Made by a program: the position numbers and the translations under genes. This document shows, piece after piece, positions 51,171 to 60,537 of a stretch of DNA of 64,000 nt; within the stretch, counting starts at the first letter, position 1, and each line of letters starts with the position of its first letter. Origin of the DNA: an uncultured Clostridia bacterium. Lineage in GTDB: Bacteria > Bacillota > Clostridia > Saccharofermentanales > Saccharofermentanaceae. The notes beneath the pieces are model-generated. The model searched no databases. It had not been told where the DNA came from and was given only the letters and a program-made list of their open reading frames with translations. The stretch lies in the NCBI GenBank assembly GCA_946537885.1, contig CAMNGC010000001.1, positions 57,897-121,896 of the forward strand. The letters run 5' to 3'.

Positions 51171-52637
51171 ATGAACAGTATGTGGAATGATCGTACCAAC
51201 ATGAGCATGCTCACGGATTTTTATGAGCTGACAATGAGCAAGGGCTACCTTGACGGCGGTTACGAGAATAAGATCGTTTATTTTGATATGTTTTTCAGAG
51301 ATGTTCCCGAGAACGGCGGCTATGCTGTAATGGCGGGACTGGAGCAGGTTATCGATTACCTGAACAACCTGAGCTTCAGTGAGGAGGATCTGGTCTTCCT
51401 TAAGGAAAGATACGGCTTTGACGATAAGTTTATCTCATATCTGGAGAACTTTAAGTTCAGTTGTGATGTCTGGGCTATCCCTGAGGGCACAGTCGTATTC
51501 CCGAGAGAGCCTTTGATCAAAGTAAGAGGACCTGTTATCGAAGCGCAGCTTCTTGAGACAGCTCTTCTTTGCACCATAAATCATCAGAGCCTTATAGCCA
51601 CAAAGACCGCAAGGATCGTAAGAGCTGCCGAGGGGCGTCCTATCATGGAGTTCGGTGCCAGAAGAGCACAGGGCTTTGATGCTTCCGTCCTGGGTGCCCG
51701 TGCAGCCTACATCGCTGGAGCAGCAGGCACTTCCTGTACTATCTGCGGCGAGCAGTTCGACATTCCTCTGTCCGGCACGATGGCTCACAGCTGGGTAATG
51801 CTTTTCGATGATGAGTTTGAAGCATTTAAGGCCTATGCGGAGTCTTATCCCGACAAGACTCTCCTGCTGGTAGATACATATGACGTACTGAAGTCAGGAA
51901 TTCCCAATGCCATCAGATGTGCTCATGAGGTGCTCGAGCCTATGGGCCAAAGGCTCAAGGGTATCCGTATCGACAGCGGTGACCTTACTTATATGACTCA
52001 GAAGGCTCGTAAGATGCTGGATGAGGCGGGACTTACGGATTGTAAGATCACTGTTTCCAATGCGCTTGATGAATACCTGATCCGAGACCTGATAAGCCAG
52101 GGCGCCTGCATAGATTCTTTCGGCGTGGGCGAGAGGCTGATCACATCGAAGGCGGAACCTGTTTTCGGCGGTGTATATAAGATCTCTGCGGTCGTTAATG
52201 ATGATGGTGAGATCGTGCCCAAGATGAAGATCTCCGAGAATGTCGGGAAGATCACAACTCCCGGAAGCAAGGAGATAGTGCGCTTTTATGACAAGGCTAC
52301 CGGCAAGGCATTGGCAGATGTGCTTTTCCTTGAGGATGAGGAGATCCCTGATGGTGAGCCCTACGAGATCTTTGATCCTGTTGAGACATGGAAGTCCAAA
52401 GTTTTGGAGAACTATACGACGCGTAAGCTTCTGGTAAAGATCTTCGATGGCGGCAAGCTGATCTACGATTCTCCTGCCATAAACGATATACGTTCTTACT
52501 GCACCAAGGAGATCGATTCACTGTGGGATTCCGTTAAGCGTTTTGAGAATCCTCACAACTATTATGTTGACCTGTCTCCCAAGCTCTGGAAGATCAAGGA
52601 CGATATCCTGCATAGTTACAGGCATAACAGAAAATAA
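51171..52637 (+). CDS. pncB: Nicotinate phosphoribosyltransferase
   Basis: [42 protein letters not shown]. Confidence 0.95.
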   Translation: MNSMWNDRTNMSMLTDFYELTMSKGYLDGGYENKIVYFDMFFRDVPENGGYAVMAGLEQVIDYLNNLSFSEEDLVFLKERYGFDDKFISYLENFKFSCDVWAIPEGTVVFPREPLIKVRGPVIEAQLLETALLCTINHQSLIATKTARIVRAAEGRPIMEFGARRAQGFDASVLGARAAYIAGAAGTSCTICGEQFDIPLSGTMAHSWVMLFDDEFEAFKAYAESYPDKTLLLVDTYDVLKSGIPNAIRCAHEVLEPMGQRLKGIRIDSGDLTYMTQKARKMLDEAGLTDCKITVSNALDEYLIRDLISQGACIDSFGVGERLITSKAEPVFGGVYKISAVVNDDGEIVPKMKISENVGKITTPGSKEIVRFYDKATGKALADVLFLEDEEIPDGEPYEIFDPVETWKSKVLENYTTRKLLVKIFDGGKLIYDSPAINDIRSYCTKEIDSLWDSVKRFENPHNYYVDLSPKLWKIKDDILHSYRHNRK

Positions 52638-52654
52638 AATTAAAGGAGAAAAAC

Positions 52655-53140
52655 ATGGCAAATCCGATTGTAAACATCAAGATGAAAGACGGTGGCGAGA
52701 TCAAGTGTGAGCTTTATCCTGATATCGCGCCTATTTCGACTGAGAATTTTCTGAAACTGGCCGGTCAGGGCTTCTATAATGGTCTGACTTTCCACCGCGT
52801 AATCCCCGGCTTTATGATCCAGGGTGGTTGCCCCAAGGGCGACGGTACAGGCGGTCCCGGCTACACGATAAAGGGTGAGTTCTCCGGTAACGGCGTGAAG
52901 AACGATCTTAAGCACACCCGCGGCGTCCTCTCCATGGCACGCGCCATGGATCCGAATTCGGCCGGCAGCCAGTTCTTCATCATGCATGAGGATGCTCCGC
53001 ACTTGGATGGCTCATATGCAGCCTTCGGTAAGGTCATCTCGGGCATGGACGTTGTAGATCGAATTGCGAGCGTGCGCACGGACTATATGGACATGCCTTT
53101 GGAGCCTCAGGTCATCGAGATCATGGAAGTTCAGCTGTAA
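52655..53140 (+). CDS. Cyclophilin-type peptidyl-prolyl isomerase
   Basis: [29 protein letters not shown]. Confidence 0.95.
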   Translation: MANPIVNIKMKDGGEIKCELYPDIAPISTENFLKLAGQGFYNGLTFHRVIPGFMIQGGCPKGDGTGGPGYTIKGEFSGNGVKNDLKHTRGVLSMARAMDPNSAGSQFFIMHEDAPHLDGSYAAFGKVISGMDVVDRIASVRTDYMDMPLEPQVIEIMEVQL

Positions 53141-53163
53141 TCAGTAATCTTTATCATGAGCGA

Positions 53164-53199
53164 AAAGGAGTTGCCGTCCATACACGGCAGCTCCTTTGT
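53164..53199. terminator. Terminator after the cyclophilin gene
   Basis: AAAGGAGTTGCCGT-CCATAC-ACGGCAGCTCCTTT. Confidence 0.8.
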
Positions 53200-53436
53200 G
53201 TTTATATTTGCTGTCTACAGATCATGCCCCTAATCCGCAGTCTTGCCTCATAGACACACTGACATATTCATGTAACAGGGACGCGCCCTTTCTCGGCATA
53301 GTCAACAACAACCAAGCGAAGTTACCTCAAAAATGCGTCATTCTGGTAATTGCCCCAAATGGGACAAAAAGGATAAAATCATCGTCAAGGTAATAGATGA
53401 ATTTAAGATAAAAAGATCCTGAAACGGAGAAAAATT

Positions 53437-54909
53437 ATGTTTTTACTTATTGGAATGATCATTTGGCTCATACAGTTGATCGCAGAAGGCTATGCGGCTT
53501 ATAAGCTCTTAGTTTTCGAGATGTTGCCGATGAAGTATATTGCCGTGGCGATACTTTTCTTTGGTGTTATGCAGATCGTCACAACACTCCTGCTCTTCTT
53601 GGGCAAGAAGAAGACAAAGGCGAGAGTCGTAAGACGTGTAATTGCCATGATATTGGCAGCATGTATGGTCTTTGTATCCATCAATCTTGCACTGGTCATC
53701 AACAAGGTAAACGAGACTATAGATAAGATAACGTCAGCCAACAAGCTTCAGGCTATGATGAATGTATATGTCTTGGAAGAAGATCCGGCTCAGAATATCG
53801 AGGATGCTGCCGGATATACTTTCGGCTATCTGAATACAGGTAAGGATGTGGAATATTCCACGATCGCGATCGAAGATATTAACGAGGAGCTTGAATCCCA
53901 GATAAACGCAGTTCCTTATAATTCCGTTATCGAGCTGGCCGGGGCTCTGTATTCCGGCAATGTCGGCGCTATCATCATGAACGAGGCATACGAAGGTCTG
54001 CTCTCCGACAGTGAAGGCTTTGAGAATTTTGCTACAAGAACAAGGATCATCTATGATGTGCCGATCAAGGGCAACGGTAAGGTCGAGAGCAATAGCGTCG
54101 GCAGCGTAACAAGCGATCCTTTCGTAGTTTATATCAGCGGTTCCGATACGAGGAGCCAGATTCTGGATACAAGCAGAAGTGATGTTAATATCCTGATGGT
54201 CGTCAACCCGAATTCCCACCAGATACTCATGATCAACACGCCCCGAGACTACTATGTGGCAAATCCTGCGGGCAATGGAGCGATGGATAAGCTGACTCAC
54301 TGTGGTCTGTACGGTATTGATTGCTCCATGCAGGCTCTCGCTCAGCTTTACGACGTAGAGGTCAACTACAGTGCTCAGATCAATTTCACGGGTTTTGAGA
54401 CTCTGGTAGACGCAGTCGGCGGCATTACCATCAATCTTGACTCAGGCTTCTCCACCGACGAAGGCTACTATTTCAGCGCCGGCGAGAACTCGTTGGACGG
54501 CGTGCACGCTCTGGCCTTCGCGCGAGACAGACACCATCAGTACGACGGTGACAACGGTCGTGGAAGAAACCAGATGAAGGTATTATCTGCCATCATCTCG
54601 AAAATGACCTCCGGCTCCACTATAGTCAGCCGCTACTCCGACATCCTGGGCAGCCTTGAAGGCATGTTTGTCACATCTTTAAGCTCCGACGAGATCAACT
54701 CCTTCGCCAGAATGCAGATAGACGATATGCCAAGCTGGAACACGCAGTCCTACGCCGTAGTGGGCAGCAACGGCAGCGAATATACATACTCGATGCCGAA
54801 TCAGGCAGCCTATGTAATGTATCCCGATCAGTCGTCCGTAGAACGTGCCCGTAACCTGATTGACAGAGTTATGGCAGGCGAGAATCTTACGGCTGAGGAT
54901 GTAGCATAA
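53437..54909 (+). CDS. LytR-CpsA-Psr (LCP) family protein, CpsA-like
   Basis: 3 N-terminal TM segments; RSDVNI, PRD, DKLTH, VDAVGG, GDNGRGRNQ. Confidence 0.92.
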   Translation: MFLLIGMIIWLIQLIAEGYAAYKLLVFEMLPMKYIAVAILFFGVMQIVTTLLLFLGKKKTKARVVRRVIAMILAACMVFVSINLALVINKVNETIDKITSANKLQAMMNVYVLEEDPAQNIEDAAGYTFGYLNTGKDVEYSTIAIEDINEELESQINAVPYNSVIELAGALYSGNVGAIIMNEAYEGLLSDSEGFENFATRTRIIYDVPIKGNGKVESNSVGSVTSDPFVVYISGSDTRSQILDTSRSDVNILMVVNPNSHQILMINTPRDYYVANPAGNGAMDKLTHCGLYGIDCSMQALAQLYDVEVNYSAQINFTGFETLVDAVGGITINLDSGFSTDEGYYFSAGENSLDGVHALAFARDRHHQYDGDNGRGRNQMKVLSAIISKMTSGSTIVSRYSDILGSLEGMFVTSLSSDEINSFARMQIDDMPSWNTQSYAVVGSNGSEYTYSMPNQAAYVMYPDQSSVERARNLIDRVMAGENLTAEDVA

Positions 54910-54915
54910 GGACGG

Positions 54916-56043
54916 TCATACTTCTGAATAGCAGCCCAGGAAAGTAAAGGCTGCGGGGTCGGCATCCAGCTGACAGAGGAGAGTGACTACGGCGTCGGAG
55001 TAGACTGACGCCTCGACATCCAGATAGAACATGAACTCGAAGTCACGTCCCGATATGGGGCGTGACTCTATTTTTGTCAGATTAAGCCCCAGGGAAGAGA
55101 AACGGGCTAATGTATTGGAGAGAGAGCCCGGGGTGTGACCGAGAGCCAGCATGATGGAGACTTTATTGGCGCCGGGGAAGATCGCCATATCTTTGCTGAT
55201 GCAGATGAAGCGGGTATAGTTGTGGTCCGTGTTTTGTATATCGTCTCTCAGGATATTAAGTCCGTAAAGTCCGGCGCAGTCAGGCGAGGAGATGGAGGCC
55301 ACGTCTTTTCGATCTGAATCAGCTACCATACGGGCGGCAATGGCGGTATTCTCAACGATGGTGACCTTGATATTACGGTTGTCCTTCAGGAAGCGGCTGC
55401 ACTGACCGATGGCCTGCTCGTGGGAGTAGATCTCCTTTATGTCTGCCATAGTGGTGCCGGGCTTGGCCAGCAGGCGGTGATTGATCTGAAGCTTGATCGA
55501 GCGGATGATGTGGAAATGATGGCTTCGCATCAGATCATAGACGGATGTGACGGAGCCGTATGAGGAATTCTCGATAGGGAGGATGCCGTATTCGCACAGC
55601 CCCGACTCAACCGCCTGGAAGACGCCGTCGAAAGTCCTGAAATACATGATATTAGGACATGTGAAGAGCTTGTCGCAGGCAATCTGTGAATTGGCGCCCT
55701 CGACGCCCTGGCAGGCAACTACGCCCTTGCTGGGAAAGATCTTGGGAGTCTCGTTAATTGCTCTGTTAATCCGCTCTGCCAGATCGGTCTTCTCGCCGTT
55801 TCGGGTAGCGCTGTAGGAATGGGACAGGTTAAAGAGAGTCTGGAAAAGCACTCTCTCGCAGCTTTCCATCTCGGCATCGCCGTTGCGGTCGATCCCTGTC
55901 AGGAACTCACGCTCATAGCGCCTTCCGTGGATCGCCGCCTCGCCGGGCGTCATCCCCTGTTCGCGCTCCGATGTCATCTGTATCCTGCGGCTGATAAGCT
56001 CAGCTACCTGTCTGTCAATTGCTCTGATCTCTTCCTCTGACAT
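54916..56043 (-). CDS. pheA: Chorismate mutase-like/prephenate dehydratase/ACT protein
   Basis: PIENS..GSV, SHEQA..QC, N.TRF, NLTKIESRP; GGAGG SD. Confidence 0.92.
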   Translation of the reverse strand: MSEEEIRAIDRQVAELISRRIQMTSEREQGMTPGEAAIHGRRYEREFLTGIDRNGDAEMESCERVLFQTLFNLSHSYSATRNGEKTDLAERINRAINETPKIFPSKGVVACQGVEGANSQIACDKLFTCPNIMYFRTFDGVFQAVESGLCEYGILPIENSSYGSVTSVYDLMRSHHFHIIRSIKLQINHRLLAKPGTTMADIKEIYSHEQAIGQCSRFLKDNRNIKVTIVENTAIAARMVADSDRKDVASISSPDCAGLYGLNILRDDIQNTDHNYTRFICISKDMAIFPGANKVSIMLALGHTPGSLSNTLARFSSLGLNLTKIESRPISGRDFEFMFYLDVEASVYSDAVVTLLCQLDADPAAFTFLGCYSEV

Positions 56044-56074
56044 ATTAACCTCCGGTCTTTTGTTTCATCTCATC

Positions 56075-56150
56075 GAAAAGGGCCTCGCAGCGTCTCACTG
56101 CGAAGCCCTTGTGTATAAGATTCTCACAAATTGTTCAGGCAGTGAAACGC
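56075..56150 (-). promoter_or_regulatory. pheA transcription attenuator (terminator/antiterminator)
   Basis: Minus-strand terminator AAGGGCTTCGCAG-TGAGACG-CTGCGAGGCCCTT-TTC; GCGTTTCACTGC (56139-56150) can pair with GCAGTGAGACGC (56090-56101). Confidence 0.85.
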
Positions 56151-56218
56151 GTCTCTTTCTTCGTAAAAAAGAAAAAGCCGTCAAAAAACTCAAAGCCTGC
56201 AAAAAATACGTTTCTCAT
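56135..56218 (-). CDS. Phe-rich leader peptide (PheL-like), 27 aa
   Basis: MRNVFFAGFEFFDGFFFFTKKETRFTA, 10 Phe codons, directly upstream of pheA. Confidence 0.88.
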   Translation of the reverse strand: MRNVFFAGFEFFDGFFFFTKKETRFTA

Positions 56219-56226
56219 GATTCGTG

Positions 56227-56255
56227 ATTATATACTCAGTTATTTTGAAAGTAAA
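56227..56255 (-). promoter_or_regulatory. pheA leader promoter
   Basis: Minus-strand TTTACT-N17-TATAAT, 8 nt before the leader ATG. Confidence 0.65.
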
Positions 56256-56315
56256 GCGGCAATTTAGCCTGTCTATATATCACCGTCGAGAAGGCCCTAA
56301 CGCCCTCCGCAAAGC

Positions 56316-56352
56316 TTGACCTTTGGGTGATTTTATTTTATAACAGTGTTAT
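56316..56352 (+). promoter_or_regulatory. TetR gene promoter with overlapping palindromic operator
   Basis: TTGACC-N17-TATAAC; palindrome ATAACA-G-TGTTAT (56340-56352) overlaps the -10 box. Confidence 0.6.
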
Positions 56353-56375
56353 CTAAAGACAGGATTGGAAGCATT

Positions 56376-56978
56376 ATGAATCACGCGGATCCGGCAACCA
56401 TCAAGAATATCCACGAGGCGGCCCTGAATGAATTTATGGAAAAGGGCTACAGCGGCGCGTCCTTAAGGAGCATAGTAAAGGCAGCGGGCGTTACGACCGG
56501 GGCCTTTTACGGCTATTACTCCAGTAAGGAGGAGCTTTTCGATGTGCTCGTATCTGAGGCGGCTGATGAGCTGCGGGCAATCTTCTCAGAAGCTTGGCAG
56601 ATTCCGGAAACGGACGACAAGCAAGAGATAATCGAGAGCTACCGTTTGATGGAGCTTCGGAGGATGACGAGGCTGACAAAGTATTCTTTTGATGAGCCGG
56701 GGATCGTCCGTCTGCTTGTGTGCGGATCTGACGGTACCAAGTATTCCAGGCTTTTCCACGAGCTGACGGAGCTGGAGATAGAGCACTCGGAGGCTTTAAT
56801 GGATGCCATCGGAAAACATCCTGTCAGCCGCGAGTTCGAGCACATTATAATAAGTGGTATGTTTAAGTCTTTTCAGGAGCTGATCGAGCACAATATCACC
56901 CGATGCAGCGCCGGCAACGCCATGAAAGTATTGGGCGAGTTCCATATCGCGGGATGGATGAGGATACTGGATCTCTGA
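56376..56978 (+). CDS. TetR/AcrR family transcriptional regulator
   Basis: AA..EF.EKGY..ASLR.I...AGVTTGAFYGYY.SKEELF HTH. Confidence 0.92.
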   Translation: MNHADPATIKNIHEAALNEFMEKGYSGASLRSIVKAAGVTTGAFYGYYSSKEELFDVLVSEAADELRAIFSEAWQIPETDDKQEIIESYRLMELRRMTRLTKYSFDEPGIVRLLVCGSDGTKYSRLFHELTELEIEHSEALMDAIGKHPVSREFEHIIISGMFKSFQELIEHNITRCSAGNAMKVLGEFHIAGWMRILDL

Positions 56979-57014
56979 TATAATTATCGTAATTCCCCCA
57001 AGGAGGCGGATAAC

Positions 57015-58190
57015 ATGACCTCTGATGATCACATTTATTACGAGAATATTCATGCCAAGCGCAAGGCTTTCCTGAGGAGCTTTATCGCTGTCTTTGTTCT
57101 GTTTGCCATCATCACACTGACCAGGCTCCCGGGGCATACGGAAAAGCTGGCGGTAAAGCTTTGCGCATTTGCTGCTGCAGCTTTTACCATAGGCCTGATC
57201 ATGGGGATCTATTCTGCCGTTAAAGCGGCTGATGTAAAGATCGTCATAGGTGATGAGACTGTTGATGTTACCGTCGGGAAGAAGCACGGAAGCTATCCGC
57301 TCGAAGACTTCGAGCGTGGGGAGAGCAAAGCAGCTGGCAATGCTTACAAGAGAACATATAGCCTGATCTTCCATGACAGCAGCATTGAGCCGGAGATTTA
57401 CAACAACAGCCGGGATGATCTTTATATCCTTCTGCCGGGCATAAGCGGGAAACTTTTCGAGAAGATCGCAGATGCGCTCTCGATCCGTAAGCATCTCGTT
57501 CACCTTTCGTATGAAGAAAGCATTCCTCTCGCGCCTTTTGTTGGAAATGTCTACAAGAACAGGGAAGAAGAGACGGGATTAAGCACCTTGATCAAGCTTT
57601 ATGTGGGGATGACCATAATAGCAGCTCTTTTTGTGGTAAGCGCAGTTGTCCTGTATGTTATCGATTTCTTCACGCTTTTTTATAGCCTTTTGATCGCATG
57701 TTGCGGGACTCTGGCGCTGATACTCTCGGCGGGGTTTCTGATCATGCTTATTCGCCGCGAAAAGAACGGAAGCGTTAACTATCTGCGCAGCATCGAATTC
57801 GGAATTGACAGTATCCGCATCAATGACGGCGAAGTTATTAATCTGCGGGATGTTGCATCTGTATACATCACTCAGCCCTACCTCGAGAATATGGAGTTTA
57901 GCAAACGTGTGCTCGTGATCGAGCCGCTGCTGCTTAAGGGGATGTCCGGAAATGCCTTGAAAGATGTCGGATTGGACGCCGGCGGGCGCCTGACTGACGG
58001 GGCCGATTCACGAGCTTTACTTACTTATGTCATCGGAAACCGCCCGTCTCCTTCCGGGTCTGAGCGTCTTTTGGCAGAAGGCTGCAGCTGTGAATATCCC
58101 GCGCTTTATGCCCGTATATGCCGTTTGTGCGAGAAAAATTTCGTGCTGGTCAGGGACTATCGGGACAGGTGGCTGTCAGATTTGGAGTGA
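57015..58190 (+). CDS. Hypothetical membrane protein
   Basis: AAGGAGG SD; two TM hairpins each followed by a soluble region; no recognised motif. Confidence 0.7.
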   Translation: MTSDDHIYYENIHAKRKAFLRSFIAVFVLFAIITLTRLPGHTEKLAVKLCAFAAAAFTIGLIMGIYSAVKAADVKIVIGDETVDVTVGKKHGSYPLEDFERGESKAAGNAYKRTYSLIFHDSSIEPEIYNNSRDDLYILLPGISGKLFEKIADALSIRKHLVHLSYEESIPLAPFVGNVYKNREEETGLSTLIKLYVGMTIIAALFVVSAVVLYVIDFFTLFYSLLIACCGTLALILSAGFLIMLIRREKNGSVNYLRSIEFGIDSIRINDGEVINLRDVASVYITQPYLENMEFSKRVLVIEPLLLKGMSGNALKDVGLDAGGRLTDGADSRALLTYVIGNRPSPSGSERLLAEGCSCEYPALYARICRLCEKNFVLVRDYRDRWLSDLE

Positions 58191-58193
58191 GAT

Positions 58194-58302
58194 GTAATGC
58201 TTTTTTCGAGAATAATCGAAAAAGCATTACCTGAAAGAAAAGTAATGCCAAATCCTTATTGCCTCAAAAATAGCATTACTGATCTGATGTTAGATGTAAT
58301 GT
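58194..58302. repeat. Truncated GTAATGC/GCATTAC palindromic array (2.5 units)
   Basis: Units at 58194, 58242 and 58296 (partial); same arms and 23-24 nt loop as 50648-50949. Confidence 0.88.
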
Positions 58303-58310
58303 CAAAATAG

Positions 58311-58571
58311 TGTCCCTTAAAACTAGTTGATGGAGGAATAGTTCATCCTGACTTTACCGTGCTTGATATTAAAACGCGTAAGGAAAAGTATTGGGAGCAC
58401 TTCGGGATGATGGGAAATTCCGAATATTCAGCAAATGCCATTCACAAGCTCAATAGATACTATGCTTCCGGACTGGACCCTGGAAATAGATTATATATGA
58501 CATTTGAATGCGAAAAGGAGCCGTTGACACCACAGACAATCAACACGGTGATTGATTCGATGGGATTATGA
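58311..58571 (+). pseudogene. 5'-truncated PD-(D/E)XK-like (Vsr/DUF559-like) nuclease gene fragment
   Basis: Reading frame CPLKLVDGGIVHPDFTVLDIKTRKEKYWEHFGMMGNSEY...KLNRY...LYMTFE; PDF..YWEH.G resembles a restriction-endonuclease-fold active site; in-frame TAG immediately upstream. Confidence 0.6.
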
Positions 58572-58572
58572 A

Positions 58573-58795
58573 CTCGCAACCCTTGCAAGCAAGTTGCTCG
58601 CCATGCAATATCGTCGCTTCGCTCGCAACCCTTGCAAGCAAGTTGCTCGCTTGTGCAATATCGTCGCTTCGCTCCGATAAAGCACACTGCGCTCGCAACC
58701 CTTGCAAGCAAGTTGCTCGCTTGTGCAATATCGTCGCTTCGCTCCGATAAAGCACACTGCGCTCGCAACCCTTGCAAGCAAGTTGCTCGCTTGTG
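58573..58795. repeat. REP-like tandem repeat, 70 bp unit
   Basis: CTCGCAACCCTTGCAAGCAAGTTGCTCGC... at 58573 (49 bp short unit), 58622, 58692 and 58762 (partial); internal hairpins. Confidence 0.92.
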
Positions 58796-58804
58796 TGCTA
58801 TAAT
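58794..58804 (+). promoter_or_regulatory. Extended -10 promoter, probably leaderless transcript
   Basis: TGTGCTATAAT followed after 6 nt by ATG 58811; no SD. Confidence 0.65.
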
Positions 58805-58810
58805 TCCCGC

Positions 58811-59686
58811 ATGGGCTCAAGTTCAGTAAAAGTTATAATTGCGGCGCATAAGAAGTGCGAGCTGCCGAGAGATGAGATCTATCTCCCGGTGTTTGTCGGC
58901 GCGGCTCTTAAGCGCAGCGGAGCGTTGGAGGCGTCGGAGGCGTCGGAGGCGTCGGGGGCGTCGGAGGCGAGTGGGATCCCTGAGGGCTTCACGCCTGATG
59001 ACACCGGCGAGAATATTTCGGTCAAGAACCCGTATTATTGTGAGCTGACAGGGCTTTACTGGGCTTGGAAGAATCTGCGTGATGACTATATCGGTTTGGT
59101 CCATTATCGCAGATTTCTTGGCAGACGCGGCAGTAAAAAGGATCCGTATGCCGGGGTGTTGACGAAGAAGCTTTGGGACAAGGAGCTAGCAGCGAATCCG
59201 GATATAAAAGTGATAGTGCCGCAAAAGCGTAATTATTACATTGAGACGCTTGGATCACATTATGCACATACTCACGATGCCACACATTTGGTGACGACGC
59301 GAGCTATAATAGCAGAACAGCAGCCGGATTACCTGAACTCTTTTGACCGTGTTATCAGGCAGAGAAGCGGACACATGTTCAATATGATGATCATGAAGCG
59401 TGATATGCTTGATAATTACTGTAATTGGCTCTTCCCCATATTGGATGAGCTCGTAAAACGCACGGATATAAGCGGCTTATCGGCATTTGATGCAAGATTT
59501 CCGGGAAGAATCGCTGAGATATTGTTGAATGTGTGGTTGGACTTTAACGCGGATATCGGTATTATTAGTAGGCGTAGCATTGTCTCGATGAGCTTTTTCG
59601 AGGCAGGAAGGGTGAACTGGCTTAAGAAAGGGACAAGTTTTCTGAGTGCTAAGTTCACCGGGAAAAGGTATAAGGGTAGCTTTTGA
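58811..59686 (+). CDS. DUF4422 family polysaccharide biosynthesis protein (putative glycosyltransferase)
   Basis: IIAAHK, DDTGENIS.KNPYYCELT.LYWAWKN, IGLVHYRR, FNM.IM motifs. Confidence 0.85.
   Translation: MGSSSVKVIIAAHKKCELPRDEIYLPVFVGAALKRSGALEASEASEASGASEASGIPEGFTPDDTGENISVKNPYYCELTGLYWAWKNLRDDYIGLVHYRRFLGRRGSKKDPYAGVLTKKLWDKELAANPDIKVIVPQKRNYYIETLGSHYAHTHDATHLVTTRAIIAEQQPDYLNSFDRVIRQRSGHMFNMMIMKRDMLDNYCNWLFPILDELVKRTDISGLSAFDARFPGRIAEILLNVWLDFNADIGIISRRSIVSMSFFEAGRVNWLKKGTSFLSAKFTGKRYKGSF
58922..58969 (+). repeat. 9 bp coding tandem repeat (GCGTCGGAG) x5
   Basis: Encodes ALE-ASE-ASE-ASG-ASE inside the DUF4422 gene. Confidence 0.9.
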
Positions 59687-59723
59687 TCGGAAGGCATTGT
59701 TGAAGATTTGGAGCAGATGACAA

Positions 59724-60521
59724 ATGACTGAGTTATCGAGAACATATAAGAGGACCAAGAGGAATCTTCTTAAGAACCGCTTTCTTTTCGAGGAGCTGGT
59801 AAAGAGAGATTTCTCGCATAAGTATAAGGGAACATTCCTGGGTATGGGATGGAGTATTATGGCTCCGCTCCTGCAGCTGTTGGTATTGAAGATCGTATTC
59901 ACGGAGTTTTTCGGTCGTAGTACGCCTCACTTTACCATCTATCTTTTCTCAGGCGTTACCGTCATGAACTATTACCGCGAGGCCACTAATAACGGTATGA
60001 CGAGCCTTGTAAGTAATTCATCCATCCTGACTAAGATAAAGGTGCCCAAATACCTGTTTCTACTGAGTCGCAATGTGTCGGCACTGGTCAATTATCTGAT
60101 CATTTTGGTGGTGTATTTCGTCTTCTGCGCGATGGATCATATAAATTTCCATGCGAATTTTGTCATGCTGATCTTTCCGGTAATGTGTCTGCTGATAATG
60201 AATATCGGCGTCGGCATGGTTCTGTCGGCCCTGTATGTTTTCTTCAGGGATATGACCTATCTTTACAGCATCTTCCTGATGATCCTTAACTATCTGTCAG
60301 CCATTTTCTATACGGTTGACCGCTTCAGCCCCAAGGTTCAGAGAATGTTCCTGGCAAACCCCGTTTATGTAATTATCAGATATTTCCGATTGCTGGTCAT
60401 AGACGGCGTCGTTCCGTCGCTCCAGTATCACGCCTTATGCGCCGGCTATGCGCTCTTCTTCCTGATACTCGGAAGCATTTTCTACAAGTCGCTGAATAAT
60501 AAGTTCGCTTATTATTTCTGA
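59724..60521 (+). CDS. Polysaccharide ABC exporter permease (Wzm/TagG type)
   Basis: LVKRDF..KYKG..LG..W....P, VFFRD, NPV; multiple TM segments. Confidence 0.9.
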   Translation: MTELSRTYKRTKRNLLKNRFLFEELVKRDFSHKYKGTFLGMGWSIMAPLLQLLVLKIVFTEFFGRSTPHFTIYLFSGVTVMNYYREATNNGMTSLVSNSSILTKIKVPKYLFLLSRNVSALVNYLIILVVYFVFCAMDHINFHANFVMLIFPVMCLLIMNIGVGMVLSALYVFFRDMTYLYSIFLMILNYLSAIFYTVDRFSPKVQRMFLANPVYVIIRYFRLLVIDGVVPSLQYHALCAGYALFFLILGSIFYKSLNNKFAYYF

Positions 60522-60537
60522 TATGAGAGGAAAAGAT

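Noticed and set aside
56044-56220. T-box riboswitch upstream of pheA
   Set aside because: No T-box motif was found; the leader peptide and attenuator explain the region.
58460-58829. Several overlapping ORFs with repeated peptides, and the 58772 start for DUF4422
   Set aside because: They are translations of the 70 bp repeat. ATG 58811 fits both the promoter and the family N-terminus.
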